In this document: in pieces, positions 8,365-18,338 of the stretch
Numbering within the stretch: the stretch's first letter is position 1
Layout of the letters: each line of letters starts with the position of its first letter
The notes under the pieces: model-generated
Told to the model about the DNA's origin: nothing
Databases searched by the model: none
What the model saw: only the letters and a program-made list of their open reading frames with translations
DNA from: a virus
DNA: 64,000 nt
Direction: 5' to 3' (one strand)
Virus record (IMG/VR): IMGVR_UViG_3300005337_000001
Span: 64,001 to 128,000 of that record
Program-made: the position numbers and the translations under genes

Positions 8365-9486
8365 CAGCGGTGCGACGTGGTCGATCATGCGCTCGAGCCC
8401 GCGCTTCATCCCGTGGTACGCAAGCGAGGCCCCAGGCACGGGGATCGCGTTGCTAGCCAGGGTGCCGATAGGGTCCTGCGCTACGAGCTTGGCGCCGCTG
8501 GTAGCTACGTTCTTGAGCTTGCCTTCCGGCAGCTTGCTCAAGCCCTTGTTCGCCACGTTCATCACGGGCTGCGTCACCTTCTTACCCCACCAGCTCTCGA
8601 CGCCGTGCTGCAAACCTGCAAGCTCTTGCGGAGAGCGCCGCTTCATCAGCAGCCGCGGCGTCTGCGGAATGTCGGTGGCACCTAGGCGCACAAGCCTTTC
8701 CAGAAGCGCCTCCTTGGCAAGGCCAGCGACCTTCATCCCGTGCCCGAGCGACTGCCCAAGCAGACCTGGTACCGCGGCCATCGGGATCTGCGAGGCGTAC
8801 GAACCGTAAGCGCGCAGCAGTTGCGACTTGGCGCGGGCCACCTGTTCTTCGGTAGCCCCGTTGTCGCGCATGTGTTGGATTGCTTTGTAACTGGCAACAA
8901 TCTCAGGGATGTTGCTGATAGCATTCACGAGCATGGGGGCTGCGATCGAGGCCATGCTCAGGGCCTTTCCTCCATGACCGGCGCCAGCGAACATCCCAGC
9001 TGCGACTCCACCGACATTGGCGAGGGATGAAGCGTCGTCGCCATGCCGTTGCAGCAGCCTACCGATGGTGCTCTTGTCGAAGTCGCCGTGCCCTATCTCG
9101 TGCGCCAGCACGCCGGGCACATTGGCCTTCGGGTTCATGATGATGCTCGTTTTGTCGGCGCTTGGTTTGAACCCGAACTCTTTCTCAACGGCCTCGAGCA
9201 CCTCAGGCGGCGCACCTGGCAGCAAAGCCGCGCCGTGCTCCATCTTCGGCGTCTTGTGCACCTTGTACTCGGAGTTATCGACGATACGCTCCGTAAGCAA
9301 GCGGTCGTCTTTGCTGCGTCGACTCTTGCTGATGTGCTTGTCCATCGAGTTGATGGCCATGCTGTTCAACCCCAAGCTTGCACCACCAACGCCGAGGCCG
9401 ACCAGCAGCTTCAGAACCTGCGCCTTGGTGTCCGCGGGCATCTCCGCCAACGTCGCGCGCATGGAGTTTAACGCGCGTGACTCCAT
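8338..9486 (-). CDS. Putative head-packaged zinc metallopeptidase (YugP/Zn_peptidase_2-like)
   Basis: GVLAHEIGHG (HExxH), hydrophobic Gly-rich segments, downstream PEIVASYKAIQHM third-ligand Glu. Confidence 0.7.
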   Translation of the reverse strand: MESRALNSMRATLAEMPADTKAQVLKLLVGLGVGGASLGLNSMAINSMDKHISKSRRSKDDRLLTERIVDNSEYKVHKTPKMEHGAALLPGAPPEVLEAVEKEFGFKPSADKTSIIMNPKANVPGVLAHEIGHGDFDKSTIGRLLQRHGDDASSLANVGGVAAGMFAGAGHGGKALSMASIAAPMLVNAISNIPEIVASYKAIQHMRDNGATEEQVARAKSQLLRAYGSYASQIPMAAVPGLLGQSLGHGMKVAGLAKEALLERLVRLGATDIPQTPRLLMKRRSPQELAGLQHGVESWWGKKVTQPVMNVANKGLSKLPEGKLKNVATSGAKLVAQDPIGTLASNAIPVPGASLAYHGMKRGLERMIDHVAPLATPALPPG

Positions 9487-10529
9487 CAGATCTGGTTCTT
9501 CTGCGCTCCGGGCATCGGCGTGCCGAAGCCCTTGGGTTTCGCCACATCGGCGATGCTAGGCCCAGAAAAGCCAGTGGTCTTCGGTCCTGCCACACGCTGT
9601 GTAGCGTTGAGACTCGCTGCCGGCGACATGGCACCCGTAGCCGCAGTCGATGAAGCTTCCTTGCCGAAGAGCCGCACGAGCGCACGCGCCGCCGACTCCT
9701 TGTTCTGGCCGGTCATGTAACCGGGGGCGTCGAGCGATTCATCGTGCCTTGTAGCCGACGTGCGCCTGAAGGGCGGGATGCCGCTCGTCATCTTGAACGC
9801 GCCGTACGAAAGTGGGCCCGAGTACTGCGACGTCGACATACCAGCACCGACGCCTACGCCAGCTGCTTTCACTGCCAGCGGTGGTCTCGTGAACGCAGGC
9901 AGCTGGCTGTGAGACTTCATCCCCGGTCCGTTCTGCGCCACGTTACCTGCGTAAGCTGAATTGGCGAACGCGTGCTTGATTCTGGCTAGTGCAGGGCCGG
10001 CCAGCATGCCGAGGCCGCCCACTTCAAGAGCAGCGTGCCCACCTTCGCCCATGAGCTGCCGCTTCTCCACGGCGTGCTCTGAGCGATCACCAGCGATACG
10101 AGCTCGAGCCAAGGCCTGCATCTTGTCGATCGAAGGCACAGCCAGGACGCCGAGGCCACCAATCTCATTCAGGTGCTCCAAGTGCGGTGTGGCGCCGGTC
10201 ATGAGGTTCTTCGCTGCGCCGGGCAGCGCCTTCATCGCCGTCGGCGCTTGACGCGCCACGTCCATGAGCCCGGCCTGCTTCACGATGAGCACGAGGGCCG
10301 ACGCGAGCTTGGGGCTATCGAGCCCACCAGGGTTGGCGCGCTGCTCGTCGTTCTTCGGCGTGTCGAACTTCGCCTTCGCAGTCGCCTTGCCTTCAGCCGT
10401 ACCAAAACTTTTGGGCGTGTGCCCCGTAGCGTGAGCCTGCTGTGTGGCAATGGCGAACGCCATGCCCTTCGGCATCGAAGGGTTCTTTGCGAGGATGTGC
10501 TCGGCTCGATTGTGGACCCACTCAGGCAT
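9486..10529 (-). CDS. Putative internal head/ejection protein
   Basis: Start MPEWVHNRAEH; multiple K-x-A motifs (KLA, KQA, KHA, KAA, KEA); Gly-zipper segments. Confidence 0.6.
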   Translation of the reverse strand: MPEWVHNRAEHILAKNPSMPKGMAFAIATQQAHATGHTPKSFGTAEGKATAKAKFDTPKNDEQRANPGGLDSPKLASALVLIVKQAGLMDVARQAPTAMKALPGAAKNLMTGATPHLEHLNEIGGLGVLAVPSIDKMQALARARIAGDRSEHAVEKRQLMGEGGHAALEVGGLGMLAGPALARIKHAFANSAYAGNVAQNGPGMKSHSQLPAFTRPPLAVKAAGVGVGAGMSTSQYSGPLSYGAFKMTSGIPPFRRTSATRHDESLDAPGYMTGQNKESAARALVRLFGKEASSTAATGAMSPAASLNATQRVAGPKTTGFSGPSIADVAKPKGFGTPMPGAQKNQI

Positions 10530-11082
10530 TGGGACTCTCCTGCATGAACTTCCGCAGCGTACCCATCTCAGCGTGGCGGTCGCTGTGCGAGCGCAGCAGC
10601 GGCAGCGCGCCGCCGCCAATGGCGCCCTTCGCCGCAGCGGACACCAGGTTCAACGCCTTGGCTTTGGGCGTCGCCCCTTTGAGCGCGGTGCCGTGCTCAA
10701 TGGCGTTGCCGAGAGCACCAGCAGCGGCGCCGCCGAGCGCACCGATCCCGCCGTAGCGAGCGACCTGCCCCACGTTGGGCTTGTTCCGCTCGAGCGTGTC
10801 GAGCCGGTCGAGGCTGCGGCGCGCGGCGTCGGGGGAGACAGCGGCCGATTTCGCGAGCGCCAGAGCCTGGTCGGCCGTGACCGCGTTCAGGCGCAGGAGC
10901 TCGCGCGCGCAGGCGACCTTAACGGCCGGGTCGATTGCAGGCGCGCTGGACTTTTTCTTCTCCCACGGGAACGGCTCGTCGTGCGACGGCCGCTTGAACA
11001 TGAACATGTCGGCCAGCTTGCGCATCGACGTGCTGTACGCGCGCCCCAGCCCCTCCAGCTCATTCGGCTCGAGCAGATCCAT
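10522..11082 (-). CDS. Putative internal head/ejection protein
   Basis: K-x-A motifs; GGIGALGGAAAGALG Gly-zipper. Confidence 0.6.
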   Translation of the reverse strand: MDLLEPNELEGLGRAYSTSMRKLADMFMFKRPSHDEPFPWEKKKSSAPAIDPAVKVACARELLRLNAVTADQALALAKSAAVSPDAARRSLDRLDTLERNKPNVGQVARYGGIGALGGAAAGALGNAIEHGTALKGATPKAKALNLVSAAAKGAIGGGALPLLRSHSDRHAEMGTLRKFMQESPNA

Positions 11083-11858
11083 CAGTGGGCTCCCGCCGCC
11101 ATTGGGGGCGGCATCACGCTGTAGCCGGTGACGGGTTTGGCTACCGCCTTCGGTGCAAAGCCTGCAATGCGCCGTACCCTGTCAGCGACGTTGTGGGTGG
11201 CGTTGCCGACGACGTCGTGCGCCGCGTGCGCGGCGACGTGCCCGGCGCTGTGCAGGGCCTCGCCGACGGCAGGAGCCGCAGCAGAGGCGGCGCCCATGAC
11301 CTTGCCGCCGACGGCGCCGGCGAGCGACAGCGGCGCGTGCACGGCGCTGCCCAGGCCCGCGAGCCCAGCTACCTCGCCGGCCATCCCCATCGGCTTGGCA
11401 GCGCGCTGCAGGCCTTTACCGGCAGACTGCATAGCGCCGCCCAGGCCGCCGCCGACGTTGCCGCCGGCGCCGTGAAGCTCCTTACCCGCGCTGCGCGTCA
11501 GGCCCTCGGAGATACCACCGAGCGCGCCGCCGAGCGGGTTCATGAGGTTGCCGAGTGTGCTCTTGTGCGCGTAATGGTTACCAGCGGACTGCGCCACCTC
11601 ACTGGCGACGCGTGAGCCGATACCCGCCGGCGTGAACTTACCGACGCCAGTGAGCTTCTTGCTGCCGAGCATGGCTCCGCCGGCCATCAGGTCCTGGCCG
11701 AAGCGTTGGAACACGCCGGGCCCGCCCTTGAAGGGATTTGCGGCGCCGCCGGCTCCGAACAGCGCCACCTTCTCGAGCCCCGGCAACACACCGCCGTGCG
11801 CCGCTGCGATTTTCTGGAGCTCGTCGAGAAACGCTTGGTGAATGATCGATTCCATCAC
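11082..11858 (-). CDS. Putative internal head/ejection protein (Gly/Ala-rich)
   Basis: N-terminal FLDELQKIAA and LEKVAL. Confidence 0.6.
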   Translation of the reverse strand: MMESIIHQAFLDELQKIAAAHGGVLPGLEKVALFGAGGAANPFKGGPGVFQRFGQDLMAGGAMLGSKKLTGVGKFTPAGIGSRVASEVAQSAGNHYAHKSTLGNLMNPLGGALGGISEGLTRSAGKELHGAGGNVGGGLGGAMQSAGKGLQRAAKPMGMAGEVAGLAGLGSAVHAPLSLAGAVGGKVMGAASAAAPAVGEALHSAGHVAAHAAHDVVGNATHNVADRVRRIAGFAPKAVAKPVTGYSVMPPPMAAGAH

Positions 11859-12874
11859 AGCCTCGTTGTGGCCCCAGTACCAGACGACGCCTGTGCCCCG
11901 TTGGTGGGTAGTGTAGTGGCACTGCCGCGCCCGTCTTCAGTTTTCTCGGAGCCAACGGTACCAGGATTAGTGCCGTCCATCGAAGGTACATCACCGCGCT
12001 TGCCAGGCTCTGGTTGTGCGTCACGGTCCACATACGGAGAAATCAGCGACGCCGTCGCGAGCTTCGTATGCTTGCGCTTCTCCTCGAGTTTGCGTTTGAG
12101 CTCGTCGACGGTGATGGTCGAGATGGGCCCGAGCAGCTTCGGCCCCACCTTGTTGTAGTGGTCGAGGTAGGCCCCACGCGCATCGTCCTTCGAATCGAAG
12201 CCGAGCATGACCTTATCCTCGTCGTGGCCACGCCCGTCGAGGTTGCGCTGGTGCACGACGAAAGCATGCGGCGCGCTCTTGTTCGGGCCGACGTAGGCGT
12301 CGATCTCCTCGCCGTCTTTGCCCTCAGTGTTCTTGATGTAGCCGTACGGGTGCTTGAAAATTGTGCGCCACTTCTTGCCGTCTTTGTCGATGCCCTTACG
12401 CACCGAGCCTCGATCGTTCTCGATGGCGAGCGACAAGCCCTGGTGCACTACATGCCCGTGTAGCTTGTGCTCCGTCTTCAGAGCGCCGTGCTCTTTAGCC
12501 GCACCTTTGTACAGGTCGCCGAAGCCAAGTCGCTTGAGCTCATCGCCACCAATGCTGGTCACACCATTCATCGTGCGCGTGCCGCTCACAGTTCGCAGCG
12601 GCGCCTTCTTCGCAATGCGCGCAGCGCCCTGCAACCCCTGCTTGCCGGTGTTGACCACCCAATCCTTGGTGCCAGGGATAGGCGTCTTCAACAGATCCAT
12701 GAGGCCTGCGTGCTTCTTGAAGAGCGTGCCTTCTTTGTCCTTCTTGAGCAGTGTCGACACGCTTAGTGAACGACGCCCGCTGCGCGCCTTAGAGATGGAG
12801 AGCCTACCCTTGGAGGCTGCAATCTTTTGCAACTCATCCAAGAAACTCTCGAGGAGAGCGAGGTCTGTGGCCAT
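11855..12874 (-). CDS. Putative head-packaged protein with inorganic pyrophosphatase-like (InPase) domain
   Basis: N-terminal FLDELQKIAA; IENDRGSVRKG...HPYGYIKNTEGKDGEEIDAYVG...DEDKVMLGF. Confidence 0.75.
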   Translation of the reverse strand: MATDLALLESFLDELQKIAASKGRLSISKARSGRRSLSVSTLLKKDKEGTLFKKHAGLMDLLKTPIPGTKDWVVNTGKQGLQGAARIAKKAPLRTVSGTRTMNGVTSIGGDELKRLGFGDLYKGAAKEHGALKTEHKLHGHVVHQGLSLAIENDRGSVRKGIDKDGKKWRTIFKHPYGYIKNTEGKDGEEIDAYVGPNKSAPHAFVVHQRNLDGRGHDEDKVMLGFDSKDDARGAYLDHYNKVGPKLLGPISTITVDELKRKLEEKRKHTKLATASLISPYVDRDAQPEPGKRGDVPSMDGTNPGTVGSEKTEDGRGSATTLPTNGAQASSGTGATTRL

Positions 12875-13155
12875 TACGCAGCTACGGAGCCAAGGCCGGG
12901 TGCCGAGCGAGGCATGGAGAGCGTGGCACGGCTCTCTGCCGGGCCCTTCAAGAAGCCGCGCACGCTGTTGGCTATTTCAGCGGCACGTCCACGGTTGCCA
13001 GCAGCGGCGATGTTGCCGACCTGCTTGATGCCTGGCACCTGCGCAGGGTTCACGCCCTTGCGCGTTGCCAGCGAGGTAAGGAGCTGCCCGATGTCACGCC
13101 CTGCCGCGATCTTCGAGAGCTCATCCTGAAACGCACGGAACATCAGGTCGTCCAT
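12874..13155 (-). CDS. Small putative internal head protein
   Basis: MDDLMFRAFQDELSKIAAG. Confidence 0.6.
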   Translation of the reverse strand: MDDLMFRAFQDELSKIAAGRDIGQLLTSLATRKGVNPAQVPGIKQVGNIAAAGNRGRAAEIANSVRGFLKGPAESRATLSMPRSAPGLGSVAA

Positions 13156-13192
13156 GCCACTATTTGTACCATTACGGCACGGCTGAACGGAA

Positions 13193-16100
13193 TCAACCGA
13201 TGATTGCGCGGCCAATTCCTAGGCCTGCGAGGAAGTCCTTCACCGCATCCTGCTTCACCTTGCGGGTGTCACCCTTCTGCGCTGCGGTGGTTCCGCGCTT
13301 CAGCCCAACCACATCTTCGATCTCGGGGGTGACCAGACCGAAGAGGTTGTTGTACTGACCGAACGCGCGTGAGTGAAACCCTTCGATGCCCTGCACGACG
13401 AAGTTACCGTCGGGGCTTAGCTGCAGGTCGCGCGTGCCGAAGATGTCGACCATCGTGGCGATGGGCCGCCAGGTGTAGGCGCGGATGAACTCTTCGACGT
13501 CGAGCCCGGCGAGCTTGATGTGGCTGTACGTAGCCTGCAGAAACGCAGAAGCCTGCTCGATAGAAGCGCCGGCCAAAAGCTGATAGGCGACGGGCGCGTC
13601 CTTGCGCGCGTCGTTCGGATCGTCAGTCTCTGCAGCGGAGTTCAGCGCGTCCTGCGCTTGGTCGTTCGACCTGAAGACGTTGTGCGGGTCGGTGATAGCA
13701 CCGGTTGCGAAGAACAGATCGTAAGCCTCGCCAATCTTGGACGGGTGCCAGATGTCGCCGTACCAGCCTGGCCGGATGTACTCCTCGGCGGGCAGGTCCA
13801 CTACATCTTGCCTGAATCGTGGCACCTCTTCCTCGATGCGGAAGACACGGATGGTGACAAGGTGTGACTGCGCGTAGAAGTTGGTGGTCTTCCCCGTATA
13901 ACTAGGCTTGGTGGCCACACCAGTCTGGCGCGGCTGGTCCGGGGTGATTCCGAGCTCGGCGATGACGTTCTTGTCGAGCAGGCGCGCGTCGACTTCAATA
14001 CCCACCGGCACTCGAGCGCGCACACGCTGTGAAGCAGGGCGCGGCTTTTGTCCCGGTACAGAGTTGCTGAAGAGTAGGAGCGGCTTCGAGCTCGTCGAGT
14101 TCTCGATAGTCTTCGTCTCGCCGGCGGCGCGGTAAAGCTGGGTCACTTCCTGCACGCGCGTGATGCGACCAAGGTTTGGGCCGAGCGACTGCACCCGCGG
14201 CTGGTCAATAGAAGCCACATCGGTAGAGCGTGTCGCGTCGTCATCAAAGCGTTTGCTGACACTGACTTCGTCGATGTCCGTAGCGCCCAAGAACTCCACG
14301 CTCTCGTCAGGCTGGCGTGGGTAGCTGAGTACGACCTCGGTTGAACCGGACTGCTGGTTCACCGAGATCGTGACCTGCGTCGCATTACCGAGGAACGCGG
14401 TGCCTAGCAGCTTGTTGACGTCACGCGTCGGCTGTCCGATCTTCTGCAGCAGCTCGTTGTGCAGCGCCAGGATGTTGGCGTCGACGTACTTGTCGATAAC
14501 CAGCGTGGGGAAGCCGAGCGCTAGATACGGGTTGAACCGACCGCTCACCACCATCTGACGCGAGGCGAAGCGGTACTTGAAGTAGAGAAAGTTGGCCGAG
14601 CGCTGAGCCAAGCCCACCTGCGGGACACGGTCCTTCACCACACCGCCGCGTGCGGCGAAGATGTTGAGCTCGCCCATCTTCTCGAACACCGGCAAGATGC
14701 CCGTGAAAAGCTCGTGTTCGAGCAGGTCGTTGGTGAGTAGTGCCTGCAGGTTAACCTGGCTCTTCTTCAAGCTCTTGGTCTTCGGCGCAAAGTAGAAGCG
14801 GTCGAAGAGCTCATCCTCTCCAAAGAACTCGTCGTTGGTCTTGAGCAGCAAGCGCGTCGGCTCTTCCATGAAAGCGCGACGGTAGTTGAGCCTGTTGTAA
14901 TGCTCGGGGAAAATGACGTTGCAGCGCGGCGGCGCGCTGAACCACACGTCGGGACGCAGGATCTGTTGTACCAGCCGCGCCGGCGTGCGGTTCTTGCGTG
15001 AGTTCGTGACTACGCTGAGGTTCGCCACGCGTCGTAGCTTGTCGATGGCGTCGTCGATTGGGGTGATGCAAGCGGCAATGGACTTGTCGTTGTTAGGACT
15101 CCAGCGCGCCGTCAATGTAGCGGCCGTACCGATGCGCTGCTGCGCCGTGTTCAAGAGCGAGCTCGCCGACGGCACGGCTGGCTTCACCTTGCTCAGCTGC
15201 ATGATCGTGCTCTTCAAAAACGTCTGCTGCTTCTTGAGGCGGGTGATGATTTGATCGCGCAGGTTCTTCTGCACACTGGTGCTGTTGGCGAACAGTGCCA
15301 CATCACCACGGTTGGACGCCACATTCAGCTGCAGCTTGATGTCGGCGAGAGCATCGGCGACGCCTGTGGCGTTACGCACAATGAAGACCGTGTTCGGAGA
15401 CTGGTCGAGGCGCTTGCGCACTTGGCCGCTCACCGTTCCCTCGGTACCAGGAATGTACTTGGGGCACGGCTGGGCGTAGGTTTCGTGGAAGATGATGCCC
15501 TGCAGCGCCGTGATGCTCTGCCGAATCGAGGTCTGCCCGCCCATACCACCGAGCAGGCGGTTCAAGAGCCCGCCGTAGCCTTGCAGCGCGAGCAGCCGCG
15601 ACGCCGTCGGGTCGTCTTCTACCGCCACAATCATCTGGTTGATGTGCAGGCGGAGCTCGGCGAGCGTGAAGAAGATGTTCTGCCCGGCAATCTTCTTGTC
15701 GTAGTAGTAGCTGCCGCCAATCGACTCGAGCAGGTGAATGATGCCGCCGCCCAGGCCCTTCAGGTTGGGGAAGCTGATGCTCGGCGTACGCAGGACATTG
15801 GTGATGACCTCAGCCGAGCTCGACAAGAAGTCGGTGAAGAGGTTCGTCGAACCGCCGCTGAACAGCGCCTTGATGCCAGGGCCGAAGAGCCCAGTGTTGG
15901 TCCACTGGTAGGCGTAGTCCCAGTAGTTCGAAAGGTCAGCACACTGCAGCACCAGCGCGCGCTGGCTCGAGTCCTTGGTCCACTCGAACCCCAAGATCTC
16001 CCCCATGAAGAGAACCTTGTAGCGGGTGAGGTCCTCCTCCATGCTTTGCGTATCCCCGCCACTCTCGGTGTCAGTGGCGTTGCGTGTGTTGAGCACGTTC

Positions 16101-16366
16101 TGGTAGGCGGTCGGGTCACGCTGATCGGTGGCTGCAGTGCTTGCACGTTGAGCTGCCAGAAAGGGGCTCTCTTCCTCGTAGCCGTCGAGGAAGAAGACGT
16201 GCACCAACGTGCGCGGCAGCAAGCGCGTGCCTTCTGGCACGGGCGGTACTTGAATCGCGCCTAGCAGCGGGGCGTTCGGCAGGCCCTGGATTTGGATGCC
16301 GACGATGGGGACTTCAACCCCTTCAAGAAACATCCGAAGGCGAAGACGTTGGGCTCTGGCCGACAT
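13193..16366 (-). CDS. Putative baseplate hub / large tail protein
   Basis: 1057 aa downstream of tape measure; N-terminal RLRMFLEGVEVPIVGIQI beta pattern typical of hub proteins; assignment mostly by synteny. Confidence 0.55.
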   Translation of the reverse strand: MSARAQRLRLRMFLEGVEVPIVGIQIQGLPNAPLLGAIQVPPVPEGTRLLPRTLVHVFFLDGYEEESPFLAAQRASTAATDQRDPTAYQNVLNTRNATDTESGGDTQSMEEDLTRYKVLFMGEILGFEWTKDSSQRALVLQCADLSNYWDYAYQWTNTGLFGPGIKALFSGGSTNLFTDFLSSSAEVITNVLRTPSISFPNLKGLGGGIIHLLESIGGSYYYDKKIAGQNIFFTLAELRLHINQMIVAVEDDPTASRLLALQGYGGLLNRLLGGMGGQTSIRQSITALQGIIFHETYAQPCPKYIPGTEGTVSGQVRKRLDQSPNTVFIVRNATGVADALADIKLQLNVASNRGDVALFANSTSVQKNLRDQIITRLKKQQTFLKSTIMQLSKVKPAVPSASSLLNTAQQRIGTAATLTARWSPNNDKSIAACITPIDDAIDKLRRVANLSVVTNSRKNRTPARLVQQILRPDVWFSAPPRCNVIFPEHYNRLNYRRAFMEEPTRLLLKTNDEFFGEDELFDRFYFAPKTKSLKKSQVNLQALLTNDLLEHELFTGILPVFEKMGELNIFAARGGVVKDRVPQVGLAQRSANFLYFKYRFASRQMVVSGRFNPYLALGFPTLVIDKYVDANILALHNELLQKIGQPTRDVNKLLGTAFLGNATQVTISVNQQSGSTEVVLSYPRQPDESVEFLGATDIDEVSVSKRFDDDATRSTDVASIDQPRVQSLGPNLGRITRVQEVTQLYRAAGETKTIENSTSSKPLLLFSNSVPGQKPRPASQRVRARVPVGIEVDARLLDKNVIAELGITPDQPRQTGVATKPSYTGKTTNFYAQSHLVTIRVFRIEEEVPRFRQDVVDLPAEEYIRPGWYGDIWHPSKIGEAYDLFFATGAITDPHNVFRSNDQAQDALNSAAETDDPNDARKDAPVAYQLLAGASIEQASAFLQATYSHIKLAGLDVEEFIRAYTWRPIATMVDIFGTRDLQLSPDGNFVVQGIEGFHSRAFGQYNNLFGLVTPEIEDVVGLKRGTTAAQKGDTRKVKQDAVKDFLAGLGIGRAIIG

Positions 16367-16367
16367 G

Positions 16368-18338
16368 TCACAGCAAGCTCAACAGGTTTATTGCGCCGCG
16401 GGTAGTGTCTAGGCACGGTACATTGAACGGATTGGTGTTTGTGCGGCCAATTCGACGTCCTGTTGCTGTGAGCGCGTTGCCGTCCGGGTTGATTGTCCCC
16501 GGAGCTGCAAGCATGGAGAAGGCGGTGATGGAGCCGCCGACGAACACGGACGCACCCGCGCCAGCGCCAGCAAAGCTGTCGGCAGCACCCACGCCGCCAA
16601 AGCCAGAGCCGAAGCCGGGCGACGGCTTGAGCAGACGCTCGAGGTCACTACGCTGGTCTTCCGCGCCAGCGAACGTGAAGTCGGAGGGCGGAAGGTAGCC
16701 AGGATCGCCGGTGACGCCGAGGCTCGAGCCAAAACCCAGACCGCCGTAGTCGCCGTACCCAGCTTTGCCGAAGCCCGGCCCGCCGTAGGGACTGTCGTAG
16801 CCGTAGGTAGGGTCGCCGAAGCCTGTGTCGAATGGGTTCTGCTGCGCGAGGTTCGAAGAGCGTGAGCCTGCGCCTGCGCTGAAGAGAACGCCGGCGCCGG
16901 CGTCTACACCAAGCTGCCCAGGTGTGAACGCGTTCGATGGAGGGGCCACGGCCGGCGCGAAGCCGTTGGCCGTGCGGCCTGCCTGCGATCCGTTGGAGCC
17001 GAAGGTGCCAGGGCCGGCGAACACACCGCTGGTAAAACCCGATCCGGCGCCGGCGCCCCAGCCAAAGCCGGCCCCGGCGCTGCCGCCAAAGCCGACGCCC
17101 GCGCGTGCGACAGCACCAAAGGTGGCCCCAGCTCCAATGCCTGACCCCATGCCTACGCCATTGCCGATACCTACGCCCGCACCGGCGCCGAAGCTAACGC
17201 CCATACCGAGCCCAGCGATTGCCGTGTAGTTGTTGATGTCGGCGCCGAAGCACGCCATCCAGCTGATGGCCTCCTTGAACAGGTCTTCGACTTCCAGAGC
17301 GCCGCGTACGCGCGGATCGAACACCTCGGGAAGCGTGCCATGCAAGTAGTCAGTGGTGATGTTGCCGTTTCCTGTGAACTCATCCTGGTTGTCGGCGATG
17401 AGCGAACGCAGTGGCTTGGAATGCAAGCGGTCGAAGACATCGAGGGCAGGAATGTCTTGTTGGTTCGACGTACGCAAGTAGTCGATGTACGCCTGCACTG
17501 AGCCAGGGAAGGCGATGGAGCGCGTGCCGCGCGTCAAAGTGTCCGCGAGCCTGCCACGCGAACCGAATTGAGCCGGGTTTGCGTTGCGGTTCACTTCATC
17601 GTCCCAGGCTGCGTACTGGCCCTGCACGTCCGACGCTGACCTGAAAGCCTGGGTGAGCTCTCCGTAGGCGTCGGCGTCGGTGAGCGTGACGTCGGGCGGC
17701 AGCTCCACCGAAGCATGCACTGGGAAGTTCGGGTCGCCGACGAACGAGACGTTGCGCGTGCTCGACACGAACATGCGCCAGGTGAGCATGATTTGAAACG
17801 GCTCGGTGCTCACCTTCACGGCTTGCGCCATGAGCATGTACCCCTCGACCACGTTGTCGTCGTAGAAAAGGTACGTGCGCGCGCCCTGCTCCACGCTCTT
17901 CGAACCGCGCAGCGTGTTCTCCCAGTTCGCCCACCACTCCGCTTCCCAGTTGAAGTCGTGGCTGTTGATGAGCACCGCCTGAATGTCCAAGAAGCGCGGC
18001 GCCTCACCGAAGAAGTAGATGAACGGCTCGCCGAACGTCTCGATGATCTGGTGCTTCTCCATGCGCGCTTCCTGCACGCTCTGAAGAATGAAGTTCGAGT
18101 AGGCACGCGACTCACCGGTGGCCGAGCTCGAGTCGATGAACGGGACCTCGCTGCCGTCGGCACGAATCACCTTGAGCGAAGCGTAGGTGTCTTCTTTGAT
18201 CTCAAGGCCACGCAGTGGACGGCGCACGTTCGTCAAACCAGCGCGTCCGGGGCGCGACAGCGACGGGTCGTTGCGATCCTTCAAGCGCTTGTAGTTTGCT
18301 TCGAAGGGGTCGGTGGTGAGCTCAATGAAGACGGCCAT
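16368..18338 (-). CDS. Putative baseplate/tube-initiator protein with Gly-rich tail
   Basis: Start MAVFIELTTDPF coupled by TAATG; folded N-terminal half, GAG/GFG-rich C-terminal half. Confidence 0.55.
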   Translation of the reverse strand: MAVFIELTTDPFEANYKRLKDRNDPSLSRPGRAGLTNVRRPLRGLEIKEDTYASLKVIRADGSEVPFIDSSSATGESRAYSNFILQSVQEARMEKHQIIETFGEPFIYFFGEAPRFLDIQAVLINSHDFNWEAEWWANWENTLRGSKSVEQGARTYLFYDDNVVEGYMLMAQAVKVSTEPFQIMLTWRMFVSSTRNVSFVGDPNFPVHASVELPPDVTLTDADAYGELTQAFRSASDVQGQYAAWDDEVNRNANPAQFGSRGRLADTLTRGTRSIAFPGSVQAYIDYLRTSNQQDIPALDVFDRLHSKPLRSLIADNQDEFTGNGNITTDYLHGTLPEVFDPRVRGALEVEDLFKEAISWMACFGADINNYTAIAGLGMGVSFGAGAGVGIGNGVGMGSGIGAGATFGAVARAGVGFGGSAGAGFGWGAGAGSGFTSGVFAGPGTFGSNGSQAGRTANGFAPAVAPPSNAFTPGQLGVDAGAGVLFSAGAGSRSSNLAQQNPFDTGFGDPTYGYDSPYGGPGFGKAGYGDYGGLGFGSSLGVTGDPGYLPPSDFTFAGAEDQRSDLERLLKPSPGFGSGFGGVGAADSFAGAGAGASVFVGGSITAFSMLAAPGTINPDGNALTATGRRIGRTNTNPFNVPCLDTTRGAINLLSLL

